Shown here: positions 17,493 to 26,260 of the stretch, piece after piece
Position numbering within the stretch: the first letter of the stretch is position 1
Layout: each line of letters opens with the position of its first letter
Assembly (NCBI GenBank): GCA_028821995.1
Contig: JAPKEQ010000002.1
Location: 1 to 51,464 of the forward strand
Length of the DNA: 51,464 bases
DNA from: Alphaproteobacteria bacterium
GTDB taxonomy: Bacteria; Pseudomonadota; Alphaproteobacteria; UBA2136; JAPKEQ01
Direction: 5' to 3'
Notes under the pieces: generated by a model
The model's database searches: none
Seen by the model: only the letters and a program-made list of their open reading frames with translations
What the model was told of the DNA's origin: nothing
Made by a program: the position numbers and the translations under genes

Positions 17493-18023
17493 TTACGCTC
17501 CCTTCTTAATTTTTTCTACAAGAGATGTTGTTGAGAACCCATCCACAAGCGGTATTGCATAAGCTTCCCCGCCATTTTCCATAACTTCCTTAGCGCCAAC
17601 AATGGTATCAATTGTATAATCGCTAGCCTTTGTAATCACATTAGGCATAAGAGCCTTCACCACATCAATAGGTGTTTCTTCGCTAAAAAACGTGACATAA
17701 TCTACACTGCGCAGCCCCGCTAACATAAATGCACGATTCATTTCGCTTACATATGGGCGTTCAGGGCCTTTTGTCCTAAAAAACGGTGAATCATCTGTGT
17801 TAATGGCAACAATTTGCACATCACCTAGCGATCGACTCTTATCTAAATACGCCACATGCCCTTTATGCAAAATATCAAAACAGCCATTTGTAAAAACAAC
17901 TTTTTTTCCTGATGCCTTTTCAGCATTTACCTTTGCTTTAAGTGCCTGCAAATCTTTAAAAATTCGATTCTTAGTTTCCATAGATATATTATCCCTTTTC
18001 CATACAGTTAAGAACTCTATCAT
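17493..18023 (-). CDS. D-beta-D-heptose 1-phosphate adenylyltransferase (RfaE domain II-like cytidylyltransferase)
   Basis: Contains KVVFTNGCFDILHKGHVAYL and VAINTDDS. An alternative start at ATG 17981 (METKNR...) with AAGGGA upstream is equally plausible. Confidence 0.82.
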   Translation of the reverse strand: MIEFLTVWKRDNISMETKNRIFKDLQALKAKVNAEKASGKKVVFTNGCFDILHKGHVAYLDKSRSLGDVQIVAINTDDSPFFRTKGPERPYVSEMNRAFMLAGLRSVDYVTFFSEETPIDVVKALMPNVITKASDYTIDTIVGAKEVMENGGEAYAIPLVDGFSTTSLVEKIKKGA

Positions 18024-18052
18024 AAGATTTCAATTTTTTCGTAAAAAACCTC

Positions 18053-18081
18053 TTGCATCGCGCCTCAAGTTAGCGTAAAAA
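18053..18081 (+). promoter_or_regulatory. candidate sigma-70 promoter for tRNA-Gly
   Basis: TTGCAT (18053-58), a 17-nt spacer, then TAAAAA (18076-81), placed 14 nt before the mature tRNA 5' end. Pattern match only. Confidence 0.3.
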
Positions 18082-18095
18082 CATTGCTGTTCCGA

Positions 18096-18170
18096 GCGGG
18101 AATAGCTCAGTGGTAGAGCACAACCTTGCCAAGGTTGGGGTCGAGGGTTCGAATCCCTTTTCCCGCTCCA
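18096..18170 (+). tRNA. tRNA-Gly (anticodon GCC)
   Basis: GCGGGAATAGCTCAGTGGTAGAGCACAACCTTGCCAAGGTTGGGGTCGAGGGTTCGAATCCCTTTTCCCGCTCCA folds as a cloverleaf. The acceptor stem is GCGGGAA/TTCCCGC, the anticodon stem is CAACC/GGTTG, and the loop is TTGCCAA. The CCA end is encoded. Confidence 0.95.
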
Positions 18171-18173
18171 AAT

Positions 18174-18201
18174 AAAACACCTCCCATTGGGGAGGTTTTT
18201 T
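18174..18201 (+). terminator. intrinsic terminator after tRNA-Gly
   Basis: cctccc-attg-gggagg-tttttt. Confidence 0.85.
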
Positions 18202-18300
18202 ATTTGTGAGCCTCAGAAACCTTAAAACTTCTTCAGTATGTTTTCTTTAAGAGATTTTTTAACATTTTCTTTTTTATAGACATCCCCTTTCTAAGGGCTG

Positions 18301-19935
18301 ATGATACTCACCATGCTAAATCATTTAAAAAATCATATTCAGGCTCACTGCATTCATAATGCAGAAGATAAACCTTTGCGCTCTTCCAGCAGCGCTTCTC
18401 TGAACTGGCTTATGGATTTGCGTCCTGTATTTCTATCTCCAGAATGGTTAAATATCATCACAGATACTTTTTGGCAGCATTATAAATCAGATGAACCTCT
18501 CCAGATTGGCGGCATGGAAGTTGCCTCCATCCCTCTTATTACAGCGCTCATTATTGATGGTCACAAAAGAGGTAAAAATGTTTCTGGGTTTATTATTCGT
18601 AAACAGCGCAAAACCACAGGCCTTGGACAGCGCATAGAAGGCAACATTCAACAAAATGTTAAAACCATCTTAGTGGATGATCTTATTAATAGCGGCGCAA
18701 GCCTTGAACAATGTAGACTTGCACTGCTTCAAGAGAATATAACATTTACAGATGTCTTTACTGTTGTAGACTTTGAAGAGAACAGTGGCATTGCATGGAA
18801 AGCACAACATGGCATTGCGCTTTATAGCCTGTTTAAGAAAAAGGATTTTACCCTGCCTGCCTCAAAAGAGGCCCCACCTTTTACACGTGGGTATGGCATT
18901 ACATGGCGTTTTTATCAAAAAGGAGCATTCCCCTTTCATATTGTTCCCAAATCAACTCCTTTGTACCATAACGGCAGAATTTACATGGGCACAGACGATG
19001 GAATTATGCATGCTATTCATGGTCAAACAGGTGAACGCATTTGGCAATTTGATACTAAAAACAGTGCTAAACATAAGGGTATATGGTCCTCGCCTGCCAT
19101 TCATAACGGAAAACTATATTTTGGCGCTTATAATGGTAACGTTTACTGTCTAGATGCTAAAACAGGCCAAAAAATTTGGCATAACCCAGCCTGTGAATGG
19201 ATTGGATCTTCTCCTCTTATTGTCCCTCAGCATAACGCACTATATCTTGGATTAGAATATGAGCGCAGCCGCGCCAAAGGCAGTAATGCAGCTTTTAACC
19301 TAGATAACGGCAATAGGCTTTGGGAAACACCTCAGAAAAAGTATCAGCATGGATCAGCCGCTTATGACCATGTCCATGACACAGTCATTTTTGGCAACGC
19401 AAACCATGATGTTTCTGCTTATAACGCTAAAACGGGCGCTCTTATTTGGCAGCATAAAACAGAAAGATCCATAAAATATCCACCAGCAATAGATACCAAT
19501 CTCGGCATCGTGGCCGCCACATCATTTGATGGAAATATTTATATTTTAAACAGCAAAACGGGTGAACGCCTTGCAGCAATTCAAACAGATGATATTTGCT
19601 ATAGCACCCCCCTGCTCACCCACGGTAAGCTATTTGTTGGCTCTGGTGATAAACATATGTACGTGATTGATCTTAGAACATTCAAAGTTATTCTTAAACA
19701 TAACCACAATGCGCGCGTCTTTTCATCTCCTCGCCTTATTGATGATTATGTGGTGTACGGAGACGCCTCTGGTAAGCTTTACCATATGCACCCTGAAAGC
19801 TTAGAGTTCCATGCAACAACGCACCTTGCTGATGCGATTACAAACGCAGCAGCCCACACGCCCGATGGCAGCCGTCTTTACGTAAGCACACATATGAATG
19901 AACTATTTGCGCTAGATAAAATCAATCTTTCATAG
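18301..19935 (+). CDS. phosphoribosyltransferase domain fused to a PQQ-like beta-propeller repeat domain
   Basis: 544 aa. The N-terminal approx 190 aa are PyrE-like (GGMEVASIPLITA...RKQRKTTGLGQRIEG...ILVDDLINSGASL). The C-terminal approx 350 aa carry at least 6 repeats of the type NGKLYFGAYNGNVYCLDAKTGQKIW. There is no signal peptide. Confidence 0.75.
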   Translation: MILTMLNHLKNHIQAHCIHNAEDKPLRSSSSASLNWLMDLRPVFLSPEWLNIITDTFWQHYKSDEPLQIGGMEVASIPLITALIIDGHKRGKNVSGFIIRKQRKTTGLGQRIEGNIQQNVKTILVDDLINSGASLEQCRLALLQENITFTDVFTVVDFEENSGIAWKAQHGIALYSLFKKKDFTLPASKEAPPFTRGYGITWRFYQKGAFPFHIVPKSTPLYHNGRIYMGTDDGIMHAIHGQTGERIWQFDTKNSAKHKGIWSSPAIHNGKLYFGAYNGNVYCLDAKTGQKIWHNPACEWIGSSPLIVPQHNALYLGLEYERSRAKGSNAAFNLDNGNRLWETPQKKYQHGSAAYDHVHDTVIFGNANHDVSAYNAKTGALIWQHKTERSIKYPPAIDTNLGIVAATSFDGNIYILNSKTGERLAAIQTDDICYSTPLLTHGKLFVGSGDKHMYVIDLRTFKVILKHNHNARVFSSPRLIDDYVVYGDASGKLYHMHPESLEFHATTHLADAITNAAAHTPDGSRLYVSTHMNELFALDKINLS

Positions 19936-19968
19936 GCTTATCTTATTAAAAGCATACAATAAGCATAC

Positions 19969-19996
19969 AAAAAAAGCAGCCTTACGGCTGCTTTTT
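19969..19996. terminator. bidirectional intrinsic terminator
   Basis: aaaaaaa-gcagcc-ttac-ggctgc-ttttt lies between the PRT-propeller gene (+) and tRNA-Glu (-). Confidence 0.85.
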
Positions 19997-20005
19997 CTAA
20001 ATAAT

Positions 20006-20081
20006 TGGTATCCCCAAGGGGAGTCGAACCCCTGTTTCCACCGTGAAAGGGTGGCGTCCTAGGCCTCTAGACGATGGGGAC
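20006..20081 (-). tRNA. tRNA-Glu (anticodon UUC)
   Basis: The reverse complement is GTCCCCATCGTCTAGAGGCCTAGGACGCCACCCTTTCACGGTGGAAACAGGGGTTCGACTCCCCTTGGGGATACCA. The anticodon loop is CTTTCAC. It closely resembles the E. coli tRNA-Glu sequence as I recall it. Confidence 0.93.
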
Positions 20082-20189
20082 ACTCGGACAGCGCTTGTTA
20101 TACCTAATTCCCCCCCCTCGCGCAACCCCTTTTTTTATGAAAAAAACAAAAAAATGACATTTTCCTTAAAAAAGGGCATGATGCCCCAC

Positions 20190-21164
20190 ATGAAAACAGC
20201 GCACACGATTACAGTCAATGAAGAAACTCTTGGTAAGAGATTAGATAAGATATTGTCTGAAGCTCTGCCAGATATGAGCCGAAGCTTTATTCAAAAGCTT
20301 ATCAAAGAAGGACACGCATCCTTTAAAGGAACAGCCCTTACTCAGCCTTCAGCCAAAGTTAAAGACATGGGGGATCTCATCCTCTCTATTCCCGAAGCCA
20401 CGCCTCTAGACGTTATTTCTGAAGATATTCCTCTGGAAATTCTTTTTGAGGACGATCAAATGCTTATGCTCAACAAACCAGCTGGTATTAGTGTCCACCC
20501 TTCAGACTCAGAACCTTCAGGAACGCTTGTAAATGCTCTTCTCTATCATTGCAAAGGCCTTTCAGGTATTGGCGGCGTAGAACGCCCTGGTATCGTTCAT
20601 AGGCTCGATAAAGGCACAAGCGGAACTTTGGTTATCGCAAAAAGCGATATTGCACACCACAGCCTCAGCAAGCAATTTGCTAACCGTACAACAGAGCGCT
20701 TTTACCTTGCCCTTTGCTACGGCAATGTTCCTAACAAACAGGGCACAATAGAAACATTGATTGGCAGACACCCAGGAAACCGTAAAAAAATGGCGGTTCT
20801 GCAAAGCGGTGGTAAAACAGCTATTAGTACATATACAAAACTTGCAACTTCAGAGTGCGGCACATTTTCTCTACTCAAATTTAAGCTTCATACAGGTCGT
20901 ACACATCAAATTCGCGTTCATGCCCATCATATTGGTCATCCTATCGTTGGAGACCCTGTTTACGGCAGCCCTAAAAGCCTTAAAGGCACGCATGAAGAAG
21001 TCAAAAATCTTGTCAAGTCCCTAGACCATCAAATGCTTCATGCAGCGTATTTAGGTGTTTTTCATCCTATAACGTTTGAAAAAATAATTACAAAAAGTCC
21101 TGTCCCTGAGGACTATTCAGCTTTACTTGAGGCAATTTCAATAACGCAACCCACTGATTTTTAA
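20190..21164 (+). CDS. rluD: 23S rRNA pseudouridine synthase, RluD family
   Basis: The track ORF begins at 20043, inside the antisense tRNA-Glu. The ATG at 20190 gives MKTAHTITVNEETLGKRLDKILSE, the start of an S4 domain. It contains the catalytic motif GIVHRLDKGTSG and later HTGRTHQIRVH. Confidence 0.88.
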   Translation: MKTAHTITVNEETLGKRLDKILSEALPDMSRSFIQKLIKEGHASFKGTALTQPSAKVKDMGDLILSIPEATPLDVISEDIPLEILFEDDQMLMLNKPAGISVHPSDSEPSGTLVNALLYHCKGLSGIGGVERPGIVHRLDKGTSGTLVIAKSDIAHHSLSKQFANRTTERFYLALCYGNVPNKQGTIETLIGRHPGNRKKMAVLQSGGKTAISTYTKLATSECGTFSLLKFKLHTGRTHQIRVHAHHIGHPIVGDPVYGSPKSLKGTHEEVKNLVKSLDHQMLHAAYLGVFHPITFEKIITKSPVPEDYSALLEAISITQPTDF

Positions 21165-21301
21165 GAGTTCAAGGCTTACTGTCAGATTTTTCGTCATTTT
21201 CTTTTATAGCCCCCCTATAAGGTTTTAAGGCGCAAAACAAAAACAATCACAAAAAAACAAGCGCTGGGTGATTAACAGGGAAACTGGGGGGACCATTAAA
21301 A

Positions 21302-22168
21302 ATGGCCGTAAACTTTCAAGATAGCAGAGCAGTATTGCAAGACTACCTAAAATCTATTCAAGATTTTGGTACTCTCGAATTTGAAGAAGAACAAGCGCTC
21401 GCCAAAAAATGGCGTGACGAAGGCAGCCGCGCATCAGCAGAAAGACTGATAAACGCACACCTGCGCCTGGTTGTAAAAGTAGCCATTGGTTTTAAAGGGT
21501 ATGGCCTTCCGATGACAGAAGTCATTCAGGAAGGGAATATTGGCCTTATGCAAGCCGTTGCTCGCTTCGATCCAGATAAAGGGTTTAGACTTTCAACATA
21601 TGCAATGTGGTGGATTCGCGCAGCGATTCAGGAGTATGTGCTCCAGAACTGGTCGCTTGTAAAAATTGGTACCACAGCCGCACAAAAGAAACTTTTCTTT
21701 AACGTACGTAAACTACGTAACCGTTTGCAAGAATCTACAGCTGAAAACCTGTCGGAAGATATGGTGAGCTTCATTGCAAATGAACTTGGCGTAAAGGAAA
21801 AAGAAGTTGTTTCTATGGACCAACGCATGATGGCCAACGACCAAAGCCTAAACGGTACCGTAAATGATGATAGCGGAAGCGAATGGGTGGACTGGCTTGA
21901 AGAGGACCGTCCAAATGCTGAGCAGACTTACAGCGTTCAGGAAGAGTCTAGACATCGCCGTAAGATGCTTCTAGGTGCGATTGAAGTTCTAGACGAGCGC
22001 GAAAAAGAGATTTTCATCTCTCGTCGCCTGACAGAGTCTGAAATTACACCAACGCTCGAAGATCTTAGCGGAAGGTTTGGCATCTCGCGTGAACGTGTTC
22101 GTCAGCTTGAGCAACGTGCTTTCCAAAAGGTTCAAAAGCACATGCATGAGCAGCTTGCCGTGGCTTAG
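21302..22168 (+). CDS. rpoH: RNA polymerase sigma-32 factor
   Basis: 288 aa. Contains EGNIGLMQAVARFDPDKGFRLSTYAMWWIRAAIQEY, the RpoH-box-like AAQKKLFFNVRKL, and region 4 ISRERVRQLEQRA. Confidence 0.92.
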   Translation: MAVNFQDSRAVLQDYLKSIQDFGTLEFEEEQALAKKWRDEGSRASAERLINAHLRLVVKVAIGFKGYGLPMTEVIQEGNIGLMQAVARFDPDKGFRLSTYAMWWIRAAIQEYVLQNWSLVKIGTTAAQKKLFFNVRKLRNRLQESTAENLSEDMVSFIANELGVKEKEVVSMDQRMMANDQSLNGTVNDDSGSEWVDWLEEDRPNAEQTYSVQEESRHRRKMLLGAIEVLDEREKEIFISRRLTESEITPTLEDLSGRFGISRERVRQLEQRAFQKVQKHMHEQLAVA

Positions 22169-22193
22169 TCCCCCACTGCATTCTTTTATTACC

Positions 22194-22224
22194 AAACAAA
22201 ACCCTCAAGTGAGGGTTTTGTTAT
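22194..22224 (+). terminator. intrinsic terminator after rpoH
   Basis: aaccctc-aagt-gagggtt followed by TTGTT. A second hairpin without a U-tract (agaaagcac...gtgctttct, 22242-22269) sits next to the stop of the convergent gene. Confidence 0.7.
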
Positions 22225-22273
22225 TTCTGACGACCCACAGCAGAAAGCACCCCGTTCGGAGTGCTTTCTTGTA

Positions 22274-22786
22274 TTATCGATTTTTGTTCAAATTTTTCAC
22301 ACTAAATTTTTGCAAAGCATCTGTATGCTTTGCAGCCTCATACAGTGCAAGGCTCACATTTAGCATGTCTTCAAGCGAATCCACCAAATATACATTAGGA
22401 AGATTTTGTGCCAACAAGTGCTGCTTCACGAGAGCCCTTGCTCGCAGAGATTCTTTTGCTGGGATGGCATCAGCCATAAGTGTGTCATCAAGTTCCTGAT
22501 CAATCAGAACAACAATATCCCGGCGATCATCAAGTTTCATGGCGCTCATAACAGAAAAGCCAATTTCGCTAAGCGAGCCGCTGGCATACGTTTCACTGGT
22601 GATCGGAAACAAAATAATTTGATCTTTTGCCAAATGCTCTGCTTCAATTTCAGCCAAAGACGGATCCCAGTCTTCAACTTGAGGGTTGAAGTACTCAACT
22701 CCCATTTTTTCATATTTTGCCATGAATGGATCACGCCACGTGCTACCGCCGCAGGTGCCAAACAGGCCAACACAAAGTTTTGTCAT
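22274..22786 (-). CDS. nucleoside 2-deoxyribosyltransferase-like protein (paralog A)
   Basis: 170 aa. Contains VGLFGTCGGSTWRDPF...YFNPQV and ILFPITSETYASGSLSEIGFS. This is a Rossmann-like N-terminus followed by a conserved Glu-x-Gly block, as in the NDT-like superfamily. Confidence 0.55.
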   Translation of the reverse strand: MTKLCVGLFGTCGGSTWRDPFMAKYEKMGVEYFNPQVEDWDPSLAEIEAEHLAKDQIILFPITSETYASGSLSEIGFSVMSAMKLDDRRDIVVLIDQELDDTLMADAIPAKESLRARALVKQHLLAQNLPNVYLVDSLEDMLNVSLALYEAAKHTDALQKFSVKNLNKNR

Positions 22787-22882
22787 AAAAGCCTCATAGA
22801 ATCATGAAAGGAAAGAAAGAGTGATTTCTCTCTCTTTATAGGGATAGTTCATTGAAAAATCAACAACCCTTCTCATAGAAAT

Positions 22883-24637
22883 TTATTTCTTAAATAACTC
22901 AACGACCTGCTCAACGAGCGTTTCTCCGAGGGATTCAGGGTCCGCAATGGTCGCGGCATTTTCATAATAACGCCCTACATCATGCCCAATGCCTATGGCA
23001 CACAGATCAATGATACCGCCGCGCTCAATATCGTGAATCACCTCGCGCAGGTGACGATCAAGGTAGCCCGTGCCATTATGGCGGTCAGTGGCATAGTCTA
23101 CAGGCGCCCCATCTGAAATCACCATCAAAATTTTACGATCTTCTGGCCTTTTCATAAGCCGTGAATGCGCCCAGAGCAGCGCCTCACCATCAATATTTTC
23201 TTTTAAAATATCATGCGCGAGCATCCCTGCAAACCTTGTACTATGGCGCCTCACCGGCTGATCAGCCTTTTTATACACCACATGCAAAATATCATTCAGG
23301 CGCCCCGGATGGTCAGGCTTACCATCGGAAACCCAATCAAGGCGGCACTGCCCGCCTTTCCATCCTTGCGTTGTATAGCCAAGCACTTCAACTTTTACGC
23401 CGCACTGCTCCAGCGTTGTCGCAATAATATCTGCTGAAATGGCAGCCATCTCAATAGGACGCCCGCGCATAGAGCCAGAATTATCTACAAGAAGGGTTAC
23501 AGATGTATTGGTATAAGGCTCAATATAAGGGTGCTGAAATACATGTTCCCCCCTACCTGCAATAAAACTAGAAAGCTTACGTCCATCAAGGTAGCCTTGG
23601 TCTTTATCAAAAACCCACCCTGTTTTGGCTGGTGCAAGCAGATGCTTTTTTAATTGAATACTAAGCCGTCTTACAAGATGCTTATGGCTTTCTAAAAGCG
23701 CGCCGTAACGCTCTAATAGATGATTCATCTCCCCTTTTGTTACAAGAGCAGCAATATCTAAAACCTTATCATAACGCTGACTAAATACAGTATAAGGCAA
23801 GCCTGTACTTTGCTCTATCTGCGGCCTGCCAGAAAGAGCCTCTGGCTCGTCCTGCTTTTTAGAATCAATCGTATCTGCAAGAGAAGCTGTATCTTCCCCC
23901 TTAGAATCATCCATTTTATCCTCTTCAGCAGTAGATTCCTCTTTATCAGAAGGCATTTGCATCATATCTGAGGTATCTTTTGTCCCATCATCATCATGAT
24001 CCGGCGTTTCATCCATATGAATATTAAGGATATCCAATAGATCAGCGTAAGCTTTCTGGCGCGAAGTCGGGTTTTCCAACTGCTCCACAGCATTTTTTAG
24101 CCATTTTTTTAGAGGCTTATCAAATAGCTCTTCAGTATCTTTCAAAAAAATTTTCTGGGAGCGGAGCAGCTTTTCACCCATTTGCTCCCTCAACGCGAGA
24201 GAGAGGGCAAAAACTTTTATAAACAAACCGTCAGCAAAGTCGCCGCTATAATAGGCCACCTCCTCTTTTGCCATAGTTTTTAGATATTCATGTGTGCCCT
24301 GAAACTCTATGCGCCCTTTATGCTCTGTGCGTGCAGTTTCTAAAATGGAAATCACCCGGGCTGGTGTTTCCCTCGTATGGCCTAGCCACCAAAGGAAAGA
24401 TTTAGCGCCGCCATCACCCACATAACGGTGTAAAAAAGCCAGCCTATCTGCCTGTGCACGATACATATCAGCGCGTTTTTTACTGAGTTTTTCTGGTAGC
24501 TCTGGAAGTGTAATTTCATTTGTCTCAACATGGCTTTTCTCTCCAAAAGAAACGACCAAATCTGAGCGTCCTGTCAGCGCACGCGTGGTATGCTGAAGAG
24601 CACGTCTAAAAGTTTCCTTGTCTTGCAACTTAGTCAA
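22883..24637 (-). CDS. cobT: CobT-like von Willebrand factor A protein (cobaltochelatase CobT family)
   Basis: The maximal ORF reaches 24676 but would overlap cobS by 47 nt. TTG codons at 24637 or 24628, abutting the cobS stop, are likelier starts. There is a long acidic insert (DETPDHDDDGTKD...EEDKMDDSKGED). The C-terminal VWA domain has the MIDAS motif LLVDNSGSM. Confidence 0.85.
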   Translation of the reverse strand: MTKLQDKETFRRALQHTTRALTGRSDLVVSFGEKSHVETNEITLPELPEKLSKKRADMYRAQADRLAFLHRYVGDGGAKSFLWWLGHTRETPARVISILETARTEHKGRIEFQGTHEYLKTMAKEEVAYYSGDFADGLFIKVFALSLALREQMGEKLLRSQKIFLKDTEELFDKPLKKWLKNAVEQLENPTSRQKAYADLLDILNIHMDETPDHDDDGTKDTSDMMQMPSDKEESTAEEDKMDDSKGEDTASLADTIDSKKQDEPEALSGRPQIEQSTGLPYTVFSQRYDKVLDIAALVTKGEMNHLLERYGALLESHKHLVRRLSIQLKKHLLAPAKTGWVFDKDQGYLDGRKLSSFIAGRGEHVFQHPYIEPYTNTSVTLLVDNSGSMRGRPIEMAAISADIIATTLEQCGVKVEVLGYTTQGWKGGQCRLDWVSDGKPDHPGRLNDILHVVYKKADQPVRRHSTRFAGMLAHDILKENIDGEALLWAHSRLMKRPEDRKILMVISDGAPVDYATDRHNGTGYLDRHLREVIHDIERGGIIDLCAIGIGHDVGRYYENAATIADPESLGETLVEQVVELFKK

Positions 24638-25571
24638 GGAGCTGAATATCCCCAAGTACACGATCATAATACTCATCTAGCGTGGCCATATCTTCTACGT
24701 CTGCACGGTTCACAAAACTGAGTTTATAAGCCTCATAAACATCACCAAGGATATCAGAATTTTTTGCCCAAGAGATGACTGTACGCGGCGACATAACTGT
24801 TGAGATATCTCCTGCTGAGAAGCCTGTTCTTGTAAGAGATGCCACCTGAACCATACGAGAAATCAAGTCTGTTTGGTTATGAAATCTCGGCACATGGGAA
24901 AGTACAATCTTTACTTCAATTTCACTCTCTAAATAATTGAGATGGCTTACAATTGACCATCTATCCATCTGTGCTTGGTTAAGCGTATGCGTACCGTGGT
25001 ACAGCCCAGTCCCGTCTCCGAGACCCACAGTATTAGATGTGCCCATAAGGCGAAAAGCATTATGAGGATGAAGTACTTTATTTTGATCGGGAAGCGCGAG
25101 CGCACCGTCCTGCTCAAGTAGTCTTTGGATGATAAACATGACTTCTGGACGTCCTGCATCATACTCATCTAAAACAAGAAGCATGGGGCGCTGAGTTGCC
25201 CAAGGCAGAATACCCTCTTTAAAGGTTGTAACCTGCTTACCGTCTTCAAGCACAATGGCATCACGGCCAATAAGGTCAAGGCGAGAAAGGTGCCCATCGA
25301 GATTAAGACGATAACAAGGCCAGTTCAGGCGCGCAGCAACTTGCTCAATGTGAGTTGATTTACCTGTGCCATGATACCCCTGAATAAGTACGCGAAGGTT
25401 ATGAGAAAGACCTGCGAGAATCACGCGCGTCGTGGCAGGGTCAAAATAGTAATCCTCTTGCACCTCTGGCACAAACTCATCCCTATCAACAAAACCTTGT
25501 ACATCGAAATCAACATCAAACCCAAAAAGCGCTTTGGTATCTACATTTTTCATAGCCGCTGAACTGCTCAT
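24630..25571 (-). CDS. cobS: CobS-like AAA+ (MoxR-type) ATPase
   Basis: Walker A is GYHGTGKST and Walker B is LLVLDEYD, and the sequence includes GTSNTVGLGD. The start is set to the ATG at 25571, which is preceded by AAGAGGA. The track ORF starts at 25601. Confidence 0.88.
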   Translation of the reverse strand: MSSSAAMKNVDTKALFGFDVDFDVQGFVDRDEFVPEVQEDYYFDPATTRVILAGLSHNLRVLIQGYHGTGKSTHIEQVAARLNWPCYRLNLDGHLSRLDLIGRDAIVLEDGKQVTTFKEGILPWATQRPMLLVLDEYDAGRPEVMFIIQRLLEQDGALALPDQNKVLHPHNAFRLMGTSNTVGLGDGTGLYHGTHTLNQAQMDRWSIVSHLNYLESEIEVKIVLSHVPRFHNQTDLISRMVQVASLTRTGFSAGDISTVMSPRTVISWAKNSDILGDVYEAYKLSFVNRADVEDMATLDEYYDRVLGDIQLLD

Positions 25572-25666
25572 ATAAATCCTCTTTCCATATTCGAGTTTCA
25601 TTATGACAACTTTTTATGTATTTGTGCAAAAAAGCCGCCCCAAGGGACGACTTTTTGCATTCGATT

Positions 25667-26179
25667 TTACTGACGCTGACGCGCCTTGCCCCAGACTTTG
25701 GCCTGTTTCACAGGCATTGATGCTTTGGAGGGCAAGTCATGCACTTTCCGCATTACGGCACCATGAAAAAGACGAAGCCGGAAAGATAGACCTGTATCAA
25801 ACTCCCGCATCACACCTTGAAGATATGGCGCATCCATACCAACTTGCAGGGCAAATGCATCTTCACTGAATTGCACTTTTTCAAGTTGGCGGTAAGAGTC
25901 ATCAAGCTTTTCACCAATCACCTCAGCAAGTCGTTCAATAAAACACTTACCATGCTGCGCTTGCATTACTTTTTCAAAGTAATCAAGGGTGACAATCTCA
26001 GGAAAGCCTGAAGCCTCCATCAAATCGCTCACAGTACGGATATTTTTTGCCACATTGCCCCATGGGGCACAGTACTGATAAAGCAGAGCCGCATTGGCCA
26101 CAGCCGCATTAAAGGCTTTTTCAGCTTTGGGGTCAGGAAAGTGAAAATCCCCAGAAATAATTGTATATCCAGTCGGCAT
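25667..26179 (-). CDS. hypothetical protein (170 aa)
   Basis: A strong SD (AAGGAGG) lies 7 nt before the ATG. The gene is co-directional with cobS, 95 nt upstream of the cobS start assigned here. I recognise no motif. Confidence 0.6.
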   Translation of the reverse strand: MPTGYTIISGDFHFPDPKAEKAFNAAVANAALLYQYCAPWGNVAKNIRTVSDLMEASGFPEIVTLDYFEKVMQAQHGKCFIERLAEVIGEKLDDSYRQLEKVQFSEDAFALQVGMDAPYLQGVMREFDTGLSFRLRLFHGAVMRKVHDLPSKASMPVKQAKVWGKARQRQ

Positions 26180-26260
26180 AAGAGCCTCCTTTAGAAAAGT
26201 AAAAAGATGGGTTTGATATACCTGTTATAGGTCGTTCCCCTCTACTTTCAAGCCCCGCAG

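Noticed and set aside
18096-20081. tRNA-flanked segment considered as a possible integrated genomic island.
   Set aside because: I saw no integrase, no direct repeat of either tRNA 3' end and no obvious compositional break. It holds only one gene with normal signals.
20043-20189. N-terminal 49 codons of the track ORF for rluD (GTG start at 20043).
   Set aside because: This stretch overlaps tRNA-Glu on the opposite strand and translates to Pro/Arg-rich nonsense. The S4 domain begins right after the ATG at 20190.
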